Assembly (NCBI RefSeq): GCF_036365525.1 | Contig: NC_090401.1 | Coordinates: 30,711,036-30,775,035, forward strand | DNA: 64,000 nt | DNA from: Heterodontus francisci | Taxonomy: Eukaryota | Direction: 5' to 3' | Part shown: positions 49,481 to 62,977 of the stretch, in pieces | Position numbering within the stretch: position 1 is the first letter of the stretch | Layout: each line of letters begins with the position of its first letter | The notes under the pieces: model-generated | The model's database searches: none | What the model was told of the DNA's origin: nothing | Seen by the model: only the letters and a program-made list of their open reading frames with translations | Program-made: the position numbers and the translations under genes

Positions 49481-50382
49481 TAAATATACATAACTTTGAT
49501 TTCCATAACAGTTATCTTCTTTACATTGTATTAAAAAGTAACAAATTTATTAAAAACAAACTAACCAATTAGACTTTATGGAACATTCTCGCCCTTTGTT
49601 TCTCCTCTAGTGAGCTATTACTGGTAAAAGCAGAAAAATAGAAATCTGAAGAGTCTCCAGCAGTACTCAGTTAATATAATAAACAGTCAAAACTAAAACA
49701 TGTATACAGGTCACTAAAAAGAAGGGAAAAGCAGAGCAAAACAGCAGAGCAAGAAACAGAGAAAAGAACTTTAGAAACTTTTGGATGGTAACCAATTCAA
49801 TGCAGTGGAAAATCAGTTACCAGAGATGACAAAAGGTTCAAGGCAGAGATCGGTAGCTTGTGGCTTCTTCTAGCTGCCTCAGACCCCTACTCCCACCACC
49901 AAGTGCCCCCAGCACAGAAAGTTTCCGTGACTCCTGACATAACTAGGTAGTTACTGGTGGTTATTGTCCCATTGAGCAAAATTTTATTTTATCAAATCCC
50001 GTTCGAGAATCATAATACAATAAATCACTTGTCTTCCTGTGACAAAGAACCACAGCCAATTCCAAATGATTTGCTGTTGTTGTACTCACCATCAAATGGG
50101 ATTCTCCTCAACACTCTGCTGACCATGTAATAAACTGCTCATTTTGCACTTGTGCTTTCTGATGTCATTTGAAGGCCACTATTAGGTGACTGCCTCATAA
50201 TTCACTGCATTGCACATTTATGGATATTGCACCTAGTCTCTTGGTGATAGAAATGGCTAATTGCCACATTAATGAAAGACTGAAGTTAACTACAAAAATA
50301 CACACAGTATTTGTTGAAATAAACATTGCAATACAAAAGAACATCTGCATGAAAGATGTAAGTAAACACAGCAAAAATATAC

Positions 50383-51165
50383 TGTGACAGAAACCACACC
50401 TGCCAGATGGAAAAATGTTAATTTTGTCATAGGGAACATTATTTTCGAACTGTTACTGGACATTGAACAAACTTGTTTAAAACGACCACAGAACAGTTGC
50501 TGAAAACATGGCTACACATTTGCATGTCTGGTAAGTTGTGAGGAATCCACAAACCTCGCAGGCAAAGCTGTTCCAAACAAGGATCTAGTCACATGACTAA
50601 CCTGCTGGCCAAGCTGGAGGTAATTGAATTATGCTCATAGAACAGTTTTTGAAAGAGACTGCAATTGAACTTCAAGGAGGAAGATCTCCCTCTTTGTGTG
50701 TGTCTCTCTCTCACGCAAAGTTCCAGGGACCCACGGAAGTAACTTAAGCCTCAAGACAGAAGACCAGCGAAACAAGTGCACTAGACCCCAACGAGAACTG
50801 CAAGACTTAACTTCAAAGACTTTACATCCAACCTAAAACCAGTAACTGAACTCCATCTATTACTTCAAACCTTTCCCCTTTAATTCTTTCTCCTCCTCTG
50901 TCTCTATTTGCATGCGTGTTTATCATGTATGCATGCTGGCAAGGTCGCATCACGTTTTTTTTTGTAATTTTAACTGAATTAAAGTTTTGAGGTTAATAAA
51001 CTTACACCTTTCTTGTTTAAATCTGAGAAAACCTTTGCAATTACAATTAGAGAGCAGTGAGCAAGGACTGACTGAGGGGAAGCTAAAAACACTGTGTGTT
51101 AAAAGGCTAAACCAGGAAAAGGCTGAGAGCGGAGCCCTAGACCCCTTCCTCACCTGGTCGTAACA
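50383..51165 (+). mobile_element. Solo LTR (Gypsy-like)
   Basis: TGTGAC...GTAACA termini, perfect 4-bp TSD ATAC, AATAAA near 50995. Confidence 0.88.
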
Positions 51166-51836
51166 ATACATAAACAGAAATAGAACCAAATTAGGCTATA
51201 TAGCTTATGTAGATAACTTCAAGCTTAGTCAAACAACTGTTAATAAGAAAAAAAAGCCACAAAATTCAGCACCATGATCAGTTTTTATTGCTGAAATATA
51301 TGGTGCAGGCATATTTACTGCCAATATGCAATTGTTTCTGTAATAGTATCTGCAATACCAACCATCATCTCTGCTGAGATGTTGAATTACCAACTTGACC
51401 CCAATGTGGGCGAATTAACTTCAATTGGCTCCATATTAAACAAGGTGAAAAATATGGTTTGAAAAATGGCTTTGTATTTATGATTTAAATCTTCTCCTTC
51501 TCCATGGAGACCCCTTGTTTGAGACCTCCCCTCTCTGCAGGAAACCATTGAGTAGCTATCAACTGCAGGAACTTTAGTGAATGGCTCCATGAGATTGTTG
51601 GTGTCTGCATTCTTTCCCATTCTGGGTATTGACTTGGATGAATCCAAGCCGAGAAACTGCATGACATGGCAGTACCCAGGAGGCAGGAAAGTCTCCCTGT
51701 GTGAAGACCTTCCGGGTTTGAAAACTAATGTGCAGTGGCATGATGAATGATTTAAGTGTTTTTGTACATCTTGTACATTTTATATATGTACATAATATGC
51801 AAGTAAAGCTTTAGAGCCATTAAAAAAAGAACAAAA

Positions 51837-51915
51837 GACCACAGATCAGACATGGTAACCCACTGAATTTAAGCATATTACTAAGCGGAAGAAAAGAAAC
51901 TAACAAGGATTCCCC
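51837..51915 (+). pseudogene. 28S rRNA 5'-end fragment (dispersed pseudogene)
   Basis: gaccacagatcagacatggtaacccactgaatttaagcatattactaagcggaagaaaagaaactaacaaggattcccc matches the 28S start GACCTCAGATCAGACGTGGCGACCCGCTGAATTTAAGCATAT...GCGGAGGAAAAGAAACTAAC. Confidence 0.92.
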
Positions 51916-52287
51916 TTCTGGTCCTTGCTATCAATTTAATTATGGTTTATTTTTCTTCAAAAATGAGCATCATTAAAAATTTAAACCATTTCCGGTGAAA
52001 AGTACGCTGGAATAGTTCACAATTAAGCCAATATAACACAAACATTGCTGGCAGGCAACACAGAAAATTAAAAATGAGATTTCAAAGCAGGGGTATAGTG
52101 ACAACTCTAAGACCTCATCCTGCCTACAAGCTCCCCAAATGCATAATGGTGTGTACCCATTGCCCTAGTTCTCATCCAATAGCTGACTTGATGCTTCCTG
52201 TGACAGCATCAGTAATACGTTATTCATTTTTAAATGAACTATTATTATTCATGGCCCATGTGATGATCATATTCACAATATCAGATT

Positions 52288-52301
52288 GTTACCATGGTGA
52301 C
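52288..52301. promoter_or_regulatory. RFX X-box-like palindrome in non-repeat DNA
   Basis: GTTACCATGGTGAC versus consensus GTTRCCATGGYAAC. Confidence 0.35.
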
Positions 52302-52659
52302 ATGAAGTTTATTCCAAGGAGGGCAGACTTTTCTCCAAAACAGGAACAGAGTTAAAGCTCTCCGTCAGATTCAATTATTTCTGTTTCTGTTGGTCCTGTT
52401 TAATGAAAAGCTTGCTTTGTTTTAATGACTGGTGCAATAAGCTGCTCCCATGTTTACAGGCTCTGGTTTTCCATTAAAATAATAGAGGAGATAATTTGAA
52501 CAGCTTGTGGCATCACATTACACTGTTTATCTCGATGATTAACAAAATGTCATTTTATGCTATCAAAATGATTCTGCTGTGGTACTTAAAGGAGTCCTGT
52601 CATTTGGCAACGTGCCTTGTAAAAAGCTTTACCGAGTCTTAGCCATCATCATTCCTCTC

Positions 52660-54360
52660 CACAAAAAAAACAATCCTTGACCCCACTGTCCTTGCAAACT
52701 GCAACCCCATCTCCAACCTCTCTTTCCTCTTTAAAGTACTTGAACATGCTGTTGCTTCCCAAATTCCTGGAACTCCATGTCTGAATCCCTTCAATCAAGT
52801 TTCTGCCCATGCCACAGTACCAAAGCAGCTTTTATCAAAGTCACAAATGACATCCAATGTGACTGTTACCATGGTAAACTATCACTCCTCATCCTTTTCG
52901 ACCTGTCTGCAGCCCTTGATGTGGTCGACCACGTCATTCTCCTCCAACGCCTCCCCATCACCATCCAGCTGGTTGGGACTGTACTCACCTGGTTCCATTC
53001 TTATCTATCCAGTCACAATCATAGAATCACCAGCGATGGCATCTGTTTCCACAACTACACCAATATCTCTAGTGTTCTTGGTCCCTCCTATTTCTCACCT
53101 ATATGCTGCCCCTTGCCGACATCATCAAAAAAGGTAACATCTGATTGCACATGTACACTGACAATATCCAGCTCTACCTCACCTCCACCTCTCTTGACTA
53201 CTCCACTGAATTAAATTGTCAAGCTGCTCCTGTGCTGGATGAGCAGACATTTCCTCCAAGTAAATATTGGAAAGACTGAAACCATTGTCTTTGGTCCATG
53301 CCTCAAACTCCATTCCCTATCCACCTCACCCTGGTAACTGTCTGAGGCCGAACCAAAAGATTCGCAACCTTGGTGTTGTATTTTAACTCAAGATGAGCTT
53401 CCAACCACATATCCATGCCTTCACTAAGACCACTTATTTCCACTTGTGTAACATCACCTGACTCTGCCCCTGATTCAGCTTATCTGCTGCTGAAGCCCTC
53501 ATCCATGTATCTGTTCCCTCTTGACTGTACTCTGACACACTCCTAACCAGCCTCCCATCTTCCACCCTCCGTAAACTTAAGCTCATCCAAAAGTCTGCTG
53601 CCTTTCTCCGAACTTGCGTCAAGTCCCATTCAGCTCTGTGCTGGCTGATTTGCATAGGCTCCCAGTTAAGCAACACCTCAATTTTAAATTTTCATCCTTG
53701 TTTTCAAATCCCTCTATGGCCTTGTCCCCTCCCTATCTCTGTAACCTCCTACAAGATATCTGTGCTCCTCCAATTCTGGCCTCTTACGTATCCCCAGTTT
53801 TAATCACTTCAGCATTGGTTACCATGTCTTCATCTGTCAAGACAGATGGGGTGGCACAGTGTCACAGTGGTTAGCACCACAGCCTCACAGCTCCAGGGAC
53901 CAGGGTTCGATTCTGGGTACTGCCTGTGCGGAGTTTGCAAGTTCTCCCTGTGACCGCGTAGGTTTTCGCCGGGTGCTCCGGTTTCCTCCCACAGCCAAAG
54001 ACTTGCAGGTTGATAGGTAAATTGGCCATTATAAATTCCCCTAGTGTCGGTAGGTGGTAGGGAATATGGGATTACTGCAGGGTTAGTATAAATGGGTGGT
54101 TGTTGGTCAGCACAGACTTGGTGGGCCAGAGGGCCTGTTTCAGTGCTGGATCTCTAAATAAAAATAAGACCCTAAGCTGTGGAATTCCTTCCCTAAACCT
54201 CTCTGCCTCACTACCCCTCTCTCCTGCTGTAAGATGCTCATCAAAAGATTACCTCTTTGACCAAGCTTTTGATCATCTGCCCTGTTATCTTTTTAAGTGG
54301 CTTGGTGTGCCTTGGGTTGTTTTGCTATGTTAAATGGCTATGTAAATGCAAGTTGTTGTC
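52660..54360 (+). mobile_element. L2 LINE RT and 3' end, interrupted by a V-SINE
   Basis: PISNLSFLFKVLE, HSTKAAFIKVTND, LILFDLSAALDVVDH; L2 tail atgtaaatgcaagttgttg. Confidence 0.88.
53848..54165 (+). mobile_element. V-SINE (HE1-like) nested in L2
   Basis: B box GGTTCGATTC, V-core and tail. Confidence 0.9.
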
Positions 54361-55024
54361 ATTGAAATGGACAATGACACCACTGATAACACCACAGTCT
54401 GACAATCATTCAGAGCAGGAGTTCAAAACAGCTATTATTTAAAGAGTGTGTCCTGGCTCAATCACTGCTCCTGGCTCTCAGAATGGCAAATTCAACAAAA
54501 TTGTGCTCAAGGAGCAGGATGGCAGTTCAGTGAATTGAGGTGATGGTGTTATAGTCCTATCTCCTTCATGAGCTTCTGTCTCATTGAATTTGCCCTGCAC
54601 TGTAAATACAAAGATACATGGAATTATTCATCCTGTTTACTAGATGGCTGCACAGTTTGAGACATTAGGCATAAATATATGAGGCTCCACTGCCAGTTAG
54701 CGGCCTTTCTAGTTCAGAGCTCAGATCAGAAAATCACGGCTATAAAATCACTATATGTCCAACCTGTGCTTGCACCTAATGACACTCTAAGCTGGCTGCA
54801 AAGCCTCACAAAATAACCATGAGTATGTACACTAGCTGCAGTTGTTTTTAGCAAATAAGTCACCAGGCTTCATTGGTGATGTAAAATCTATCTTTAGGGA
54901 TTCAGGAGTTTTTATGCATAACTTTTCCTCAGAGGATGACCTGGTATAACGTTCGCATTGTTTGTTATGCCCTGAATGGCCTACTTTTATATGTGCTTTT
55001 GTACGTGCTATAAAGAAAGAAAAC

Positions 55025-55205
55025 AAGTCTTGCATTTCTTGAACTTAGGACATCCCGAAGCGCTTTGCAGCCAATGAATTACTTTTGAAATGTCGTCACT
55101 GTTGTAATGTAGGAAACATGACAGTCAATTTTCACACAGTAAGCCCCCACAAACAGCAATGAGGTAATGAACAGATAGTCAGTGTCAGCGATATTGGTTG
55201 GGTGA
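55025..55205 (-). mobile_element. Deu-SINE-like 3' fragment
   Basis: ggacatcccgaagcgctttgcagccaatgaattacttttgaa...gtcactgttgtaatgtaggaaac, homologous to 42640-42740. Confidence 0.6.
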
Positions 55206-55813
55206 ATAGTGGGGCATTTGCAATGATGCAAACATTTCCAACAATGCAGGATTTAAAATGAGTTTTTAGAACAAGCTGAGCCTGCCGGTTTCAGAAACTG
55301 GACTTGCTCAAAATCTCACCAGTCCTTTGAAGACCTTCTGGGAAACTAGTTGCAACTGTGGTGACACGCTGGCACAGGGCACTGGTTTTCTGTCGTGCTG
55401 TGACAGAGTGTGATAAGATGCAGATCCAAAGAGCCAACATTCTATCATCACTTTCACAAATGACCTTGAAAGCAAGAGTTAGTGGAAACATAAAAGCAGT
55501 GTTCTGCTGCTTCTCAGTTGTGAATAGAACATTTTTGGATTGTGGGGAACAGGAGTGCTTAGGTTGTGGGGATCTGAACAAAACAGGGAGAAACTAACTT
55601 AAAAATTAGAAGTACACTATTGGTACCCCTTTTCATCATAAAAAAATTACCATGAATTGTCCTCTGCTTTCCTGTGTATTTCCATTTAAATGATCTGATG
55701 GCACTATCAAGGAAAGTATTTATTGAATATCACCATGTGTCAGAGCTGCATTAGCTGCACAGTTGAAGCTCAAGCATCCCTGATTTATTGTTTTGATTTA
55801 TACCAAAGATGAT

Positions 55814-56564
55814 GGGAGGAATTTTATGCTCTCCCCCGCATTGGGTTTGGAGGCAGGGAGAGCATAAAATCGGGCGGGATGGTGGCGCGGGGGCAGGGGG
55901 GGGTCCCCGCCACCACCCAAATTAAGACCAGGGAAGGAAGGCCTGTGAAGGGCCTTCCTGCCACACCGCCAATTGCAGCCCATAAGTGGGCAGTTAATGC
56001 TCACCGCTGCCACAATTAGCCCTGCAGTGGGCAGGCCTGTCACCACACAGGGAGCATGCCAAGCAAACCAGTGTGGGTTGCTTTCTGGCTCGGGGGTGCG
56101 TGGTTGGGGGGGGGGGTCCCTTGTTAATAGGCACCTAGTGTCTGAATGAGGGACCTGGCATTTGGAAGGGGGGGCCCATTGAGAGCCATCCCCCTGCCTT
56201 TGCTGCCAACCCCCCCCCAACAACCCCCTCCCCCGCAATCCCCGCCCCACAAAACCCCTACCACCATGACTTACCTGTGGCCTGGTTCCAGGGCTTCGGG
56301 TGAGTCCAGTACCTGCTGCAGTCACTGCCTCCACGGTGGTGCTGCTAAGTTAAACAGCTGCTGGTCTCTGATTGGCCGGCAGCTCTCAGCAGGTGGGACT
56401 TCTGTTGCCAGGGTCCTTGATCCTGATAAAGGCTTGCTGCTGTCCACTTAAATGCCTAATTGGCGCTTGATCTGGCAGGCCTTCTCCAGCAGAGGCGATG
56501 AGGAGCTCTCGTTGGGGCTTTTGCTGGTGGTCGGGATCCCCTTTGCCAAGACAAAATCCAGGCC
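55814..56564. mobile_element. Harbinger-type MITE
   Basis: gggaggaattttatgctctcccc ... aaaatccaggcc; homologous to the element at 34309. Confidence 0.75.
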
Positions 56565-59089
56565 AATGTATCTGCTTCACTTGGTCAACCTCATTCACAT
56601 CTTCCAGCAGTGAAGGCCTCAAGCCTGAGCACCCAAAAATAATATTAGGCACCTTAAATTGCATTTATTAGCCCCAGTAACTTCTTCATAATTTTCAGCA
56701 ATTCTATTTTACAATGTGATATTTCATTGGACATTCCATTAATTGTATTTGACAGGAATTTAATAGTTTTTATTTCCTTAATAACTGATGGAACATTTTA
56801 TTACATGAAGTAGGAAAACAGTTTCAATGAATAAGGCTGTTGAATATTATGGTAACAAAAGGCATGAAAATTGGTTTAGATGTCACAATTTATTCATGCA
56901 AGCCAATGACAATTACAAAATAGATACAGATGATTTACTTCAAACCACTGATACATATAGTGAGTTTAATTTTAATTTTATTTCGCTTTTGGTCAGCTGG
57001 ATGTCTGACACATAGTTATGAGTCATCAAACCAATGTAGCAAGTCATCCAGGTGAAGTTTCTGTTTGCTTGACATAAGGGTAATCACAATTTTTGGGTTT
57101 TTATTTAGAAAATCTCTTGAGTTGAGTGTTATTTGTCACTCCCTTAAGCAATCTCACATCCCATATGATCCAAATACACCTTTTTTCTGCTCAGTAGCTA
57201 ATTGAAATGATAGCATGACCCTGGGATTATGACAGAGATACTGGCTACTGGAATATATCATGTCTGGCCATATAAATTCTCTCTTTATGGCTAGATAACC
57301 ACTCTTACTGAATTGAGACATGGGCTTCAAACCATCAAGTAGTTTTATTTATATAAGATAGATGAACGACCAGTACACAGTTTCATATTGTAAGGTGTAG
57401 TGTTCCCTATACTCCTTTATATATAGAATAACAAAATGCAACTTGCTTTCCTTCTAAACATGGAAACTTAATCTTATATTTAGTTAATAAAACCTTAAAC
57501 TACCCCGACTTTGTTTGCCAGGCTGGCATGAAAAGGCTTGTAGATCCTGCTTGGGTGTTGCACCCACAGTCTGATTGCTCTGTCTTTTTTATAAGAAATG
57601 CTAATGTCAATCTTTGAGATGAAGTGACTGCCCATCCAGCTGTTGATCACAGAAGGCTCCAGTTAATCAATGACTGTCTTTTCGAAGGACTCAAATAGCT
57701 GTCAATCAAAATTCAGATTGGAGCCTATCTTTTGCAACATGAATAGGGGACTTTGAACATTCCTCACCTCCACAAATCCTGAAACAAAGGCAGTAGAGAA
57801 TACACCTCTCATGTTTCAATTAAACTAAAATTGCGAATTATCAATATTCAAAGACAGCAATCTGTACTAATGACTAAAGGTGTTTCTCAGTGAATGCTAT
57901 CAATCCTACTAATTGACACATGGAACTTTTCATTGTCTTCAGTTTTATCAGTTTACAGATATGAAGCACACCATTGCCAGTATATCTGGAACTGAACTGA
58001 TGTATCTGCCTTTCAGAAGTACCTTGGTTGATACTGATTTAACCCTTTACATGCTGGTTTTTAACACAGGATGAAAGCCATTTTATTGCAAGGATCAAAA
58101 TTTCAGCATGCAGGAACAATTCAACCTGCTTAATTTATGAGAGGCAACTGGTAGATTGTTCCATCATGAAGTTGCAGCATTTCCACTTCAATTGCGCACT
58201 GGACCATTCCCCAGCCTAGGTTTCCTGCCAGTTGCTATAACTCTTGCACAAATTGCCTTATTATGTCTGCTTACTGAATTTAAATAAGGGCATTGATAGT
58301 CAACTGTACAACTTCCAAGTTTCTGGTGGAAAATCAGCCCAATGTTGGGTCCGGTCAAAGTGGGCCTGAAAGACAAAGACAAATAGCAATCCTTTATGTG
58401 AAGAAGGGAGTTCTTAAAGGGGCACATTCTTTTTGTGAACAATGGCAATTTTTACTTTTACTACTGGGGTTCACATTCAAACTCCTGCTACCACTGTGTC
58501 CGAATGCACAAACTGGTTGCTAGATTTGACCATGTAACAGCAGAAACTGCACTTCCAAAATAAATTCATGTCTGTGAAGCATTTTGGGATGTCCTGATGA
58601 TGTCAGGGGTGCCATACAAATGCATGTTTGTTCTTTTCCTTTATTTTCTGCTGTATTCCTGACCACTTAATTGTGCGTTTATTGTGTGGTGAGGGAGACT
58701 GGATGACTGGATGTGTCACTGTCTCTCAAGACAATAAGTGCAAAGCTCCTACTGCTGGACACATCCTCAACATTTGTATCCCTCTGTGTGGGAGCATACC
58801 TGCGTGTAATGATGATGTCAGTAAAGTCCTCCATCACAACTTCCTCCATGTAAATCCCGAGCATTTTGCAGCACGAGGCCACTGTAGCATAATTTTACAC
58901 ACTCAGCAGGGAAGTGCATCTTTGGGGGCTACACTGCAGATGCCTCTGGACTTCCTATGTGGTCTGCAGTGTTGTAGTGTTTTGAAATTGAAATTGCATT
59001 GTACATTGTGTACTCTAGAGGCTGCGTAAAACATACATGCTCGCAAAGATAAAGTGAAACTAAGACAGAATAAGTGGGGGAGCCTTTAT

Positions 59090-59370
59090 GTTAGATTAGA
59101 TTAGATTAGATTAGATTAGATTATGAATACCAAAATTTTGAATACCTCTATCAAACCTCCTCTTAATCTTCTTTGTTCTTAGGAGAACAAACCATTTCTC
59201 CAATCTCTCCACATAGCTGAAGTCCTGCATTCCTGGTACCATTCTAGTAAATCTCTTTTTTCACACTTTCCAAGGCTTTGACATCTTTTCTAAAATGTGA
59301 TACTCAGAATTGAACACAGTACTTCAGCTGTGACCTAACCAGCATTTTATAAACGTTCAGCACAACTTAA
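59090..59370 (-). mobile_element. CR1 fragment next to a (TTAGA)n microsatellite
   Basis: (TTAGA)n at 59091-59123, followed by antisense CR1 RT C-terminal sequence. Confidence 0.65.
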
Positions 59371-60559
59371 TTGTGTGGGAATGAATGAATAGGAGGAGAA
59401 AACATAGTAGGGAAGGACAGTAACCTTGAGCTCAGCTTTCATCCTCCCTCACTCTCCCTGGGTTTTCCTAGAATAGGATCATAGAATCATACAGCACTGG
59501 AGACCCTTTGCCAATCTTAACATAAAACTTCTTGTTCTTTGCTCCATCATTAGTGGTTCCTTATTCCTGGTACTCCCTGTCAAGTTCAATCCATTTTGTT
59601 AGCTCGCTTCCTGCTCCGCAAAACCATATTTTTTACAGCTATGCATTTGTTTGCCCTTCCCATATCCTTTCCATTTTTCCTTTCCACTCCTGCTCAGCAT
59701 TCACTGTTCTCTCCTCCTAACGTTTAATAGCTCGAGACATTCTCCTGCACTTGATGAGCACTGCCTAAAAGCATGCTCTTGTTTGTTAATGGTCTTTTCT
59801 TGCTGGCAAAACTGCATCACAGTCCCCAATTTATTCCCAACACCGGAATGAATCCCAAAACCATTGAAAGCAAGGCAAAGCTGAAAATGATCCATGTAGG
59901 TCCTGAGGTTGGGTCTAAATGATGGAGTGAGTTCAAAGAACTAAATGGACTTTTCTCAATCAGACCATCTTATGATCTTTTGGTCTTCTGCACTGAACCA
60001 AAATAGGGAAGTTTTGTAGAAGAAATTGCTCTAGAAAAGAGTTAAATTGAAGTAAGATGGAAGATACTAGCGACAATCTTAGTTGAAGCAAATGTGCCCC
60101 TTTTTGTATTTTAATGGACTTTCCAATTTTGTTTGATATTAGTGTTATTTACTCTGTTTAGTTATAAACTGGCATTAGTGGCTGACAGGCACTAATTTGT
60201 AGCTTCACAATAATACCAGTGCAGTGAATGCAGTAATTAATGTTTCCGATAAAAGTGCCCTGGTATAGCTGTGCAATTACTGCCTGCAACCAAGTGTTAA
60301 ATGACTTCCTGTAACCAAAACCTTGGAGGAAGGTTGGAGAGCAGCTGTTGCTTCATCTTTCATTTCATCACTCCTGTCCTAAAGGCAATGGCCCCGATTT
60401 TAACACCCTGCCCACCTCCACACCGTTCTGGGCCCGGCAAAAAGCCAGCAGTTTAAATGGACAGGTGATCCTTTCCCGCCTGATCGGACAGACTACAATT
60501 TTAACTTGCAAACAGCTATAACACACACCCCAAATCAGTGGAGTCCTCTTTAAATATGT

Positions 60560-61232
60560 TACCATCAATATTCTGGGGGTTACCATTGACCAGAAACTTA
60601 ACTGGACCAGTCACATAAATGCTGTGGCTACAAGAGCAGGTTAAAGGCTGGGAATTCTTGTGCAATTAACTCCCCCCCTGATTCCCCAAAGCATGTTCAC
60701 CATCTACAAGGCACAGGTCAGGGGTATGGTAGAATACTCTTCACTTGCCTGGATGAGTGCAACTCCAACAATACTCAAGACGCTCAACACCATCCAGGAC
60801 AGAATAGCCTTCATGATCAGCACGCCATTTTAAATCCACTCCCTCCACCACCGGCGCACAGTGGCAGCAGTGTGTACCATTGACAAGACGCACTACAGCA
60901 ACTCGCCAAGGCTGCTTCGCCAGCACCTTCCAAACCAGTGACCTCTACCACCTGGAAGGACAAAGGCAGCAGATGCATGGGAACACCACAACCTGCAAGT
61001 TCGCCTCCAAGTCACACACCATCCTGACAGTATTTTATCACTACTTCTACACTGTCACTGAGTCAAAATCCTGTAACTCCCTTCCTAACAGCACTGTGCG
61101 TGTACCTACACCACATGGACTGCAATGGTTCAGGAAGGCAGCTCACCACCACCTTCTCAAGGGCAATTAGGGATGGCAATTAATGCTGGCCTTGCCAGCG
61201 ATGTTCACATCCCGTGAACGAATAAGAAAAAA
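60560..61232 (+). mobile_element. CR1/L2-group LINE 3' fragment (second family), inserted in an old MITE (about 60389-61693)
   Basis: ILGVTIDQKL...YKAQVRG...HHLLKGN* and an A-rich tail. Confidence 0.88.
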
Positions 61233-61714
61233 ATGCACATCAGGTTTTGATGTCAATACCCGATCTACTGTTTTATCGCAAGGCCTGAGCACGGGAGCAG
61301 TGCTGGATTCCCTGCCAGGCGCTGCATTGAGAGTCAGAAAAGGTGTCAAACCCTCCTGACCTCAGCAGGAGGCTGCCATCCAGCAGCTAAGCATTGGTTG
61401 CCAACAGCAAGTTGTGCGAGTGGGATTTGGAAATTGGAGAGCTTGGAACTTTCCTTGTTTGGGTCTCTTCTGACCCTGAATACTCTTCATCTGCTTAGGC
61501 CACTGTTAAAATTACAGTTATGGCCTGATGACATCCTTGAACCCTGTTCTGCATATTTAAAGAAGGACCCTGCCGGTTTCAGATTGGTGTCCTTGCTGCC
61601 TACCTGAAGTGCAGGTTAAAGTAGAAGATATTAGTATCTATGTGGCCAGTAAGTCACACTGTCAATTTTAAGTGCCCAGTTTCCAGTTAAAATCACAAAA
61701 ACATTGTCCTGCAT

Positions 61715-61900
61715 GGATCAAGAACCCAAACTGATTTTCATTCCCTAGTCCAAGGTCAGTAAGGCCTATTGTACTGTGTCATGTCTCCATGAGATGATAT
61801 GAACTTGCTCAGTACCAACTAAGGATTGAACCTAGGACCTTCTTAGTCTGGATAATGCCACACCAAACCAAACAGTGCTTTTACCCAATGAGCTATCAGG
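61715..61900 (-). mobile_element. LF-SINE-like 5' fragment
   Basis: ctgattttcattccctagtccaagg...aggcctattgta...ggattgaacctaggaccttc (reverse B box); a further piece at about 62920-62975. Confidence 0.5.
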
Positions 61901-62059
61901 TCAGTCTTGAGTTATTATTTTTATTATGGTAAATTTAGTCAAAGAGTTTTATGCTCCTCTCATTTCTCTCTCTTCACCCAAATGTAGTAAGTTCCTGCAC
62001 TACTGTAGCTTCTCCCCTCCTAACTGATGCTCTGAACAATTTTCAGATTGAGAATCTGG

Positions 62060-62715
62060 AGGTTTCAGGAGCAGATAAGCTGAGACGGGGCAGAGTCAGG
62101 CAATGTTCTGGCATAAAAATAGGCATTCTTAGTGATGGCTCAGATATGTGGTCAGAAGCTCATCTCAGGGTCAGATATGACACCGAAGTTGCAAACAGTC
62201 TAGTTCAGTCTGAGGCAGTTGCCAGGGAGAGTGATGGAGTCAGTGGCCAGGGAACTGAGTTTGTGGTGGGACCAAAGACAATGGCATACAGAGTTGGAGG
62301 AAATTTCTGTTCATGCAGTACCGGATGTTGGGCAGGCAGTCTGATAATTTAGAGACAGTGTAGAGGTCAAAAGAGGGTGGTGGTGAGATAGAGCTGGGTA
62401 CATGTGAACATTAACAATGTATTTTTGGTTGACGCTGAGGGGCAGCATGTAGATGAGAAATGTGAGGGAGAGGAGTGATCCTTGGGGGACATCTGAAGTA
62501 ACGGTGTTGGAGTGGGAAGAGAAGCCATTACAGGTGCTTCACTAGCTATGACTGGATAGATAAGAATGGAACCAGACAAATGCAGACCGCCCACCTGGGC
62601 AATAGTGGAAAGGCATCGGAGGCAAATAGTGCAGTCAACCATACCAAAGGCTGCAGATGAGATGGGATAGTTTACCTTTGTCACAGTCACATAGGATGTA
62701 ATTTGTGACTTTGAT
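62060..62715 (-). mobile_element. L2 LINE fragment
   Basis: Antisense to the same L2 RT region as 52800-53500 (SAAFGMVD, aagaatggaaccag). Confidence 0.75.
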
Positions 62716-62977
62716 AATATTTGTGTCTTTCGGTGAGAATGAATATAGAATCTTGCTTTAAAAACTAAAAAGAATATTTATGTTCTATAGTCCCCAGTGT
62801 CTCTCTTGTTAGTTTTTTTCCCCTGAAAGTGCTAGTTACTATCCAGTATCTTGTAAGAATGGTCATTTCCCAGCTGTGAATCTTGATAATTTGTGTTGGC
62901 AGCAATTTAACCGTGAGAGCCATGACAGCCAGGTCCAATTCTCTTCTCATTCAATGTCCACACATGCACACTTCCAC

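Noticed and set aside
51837-51915. Functional rDNA
   Set aside because: Only 79 bp, CpG-decayed, and no other rDNA nearby.
52865-52879. Second X-box-like motif GTTACCATGGTAAAC
   Set aside because: Lies within decayed L2 coding sequence; likely incidental.
58929-58977. Hairpin CACTGCAGA...TCTGCAGTG as a miRNA precursor
   Set aside because: Stem is only about 9-12 bp with a large loop, and it matches no miRNA I recognise.
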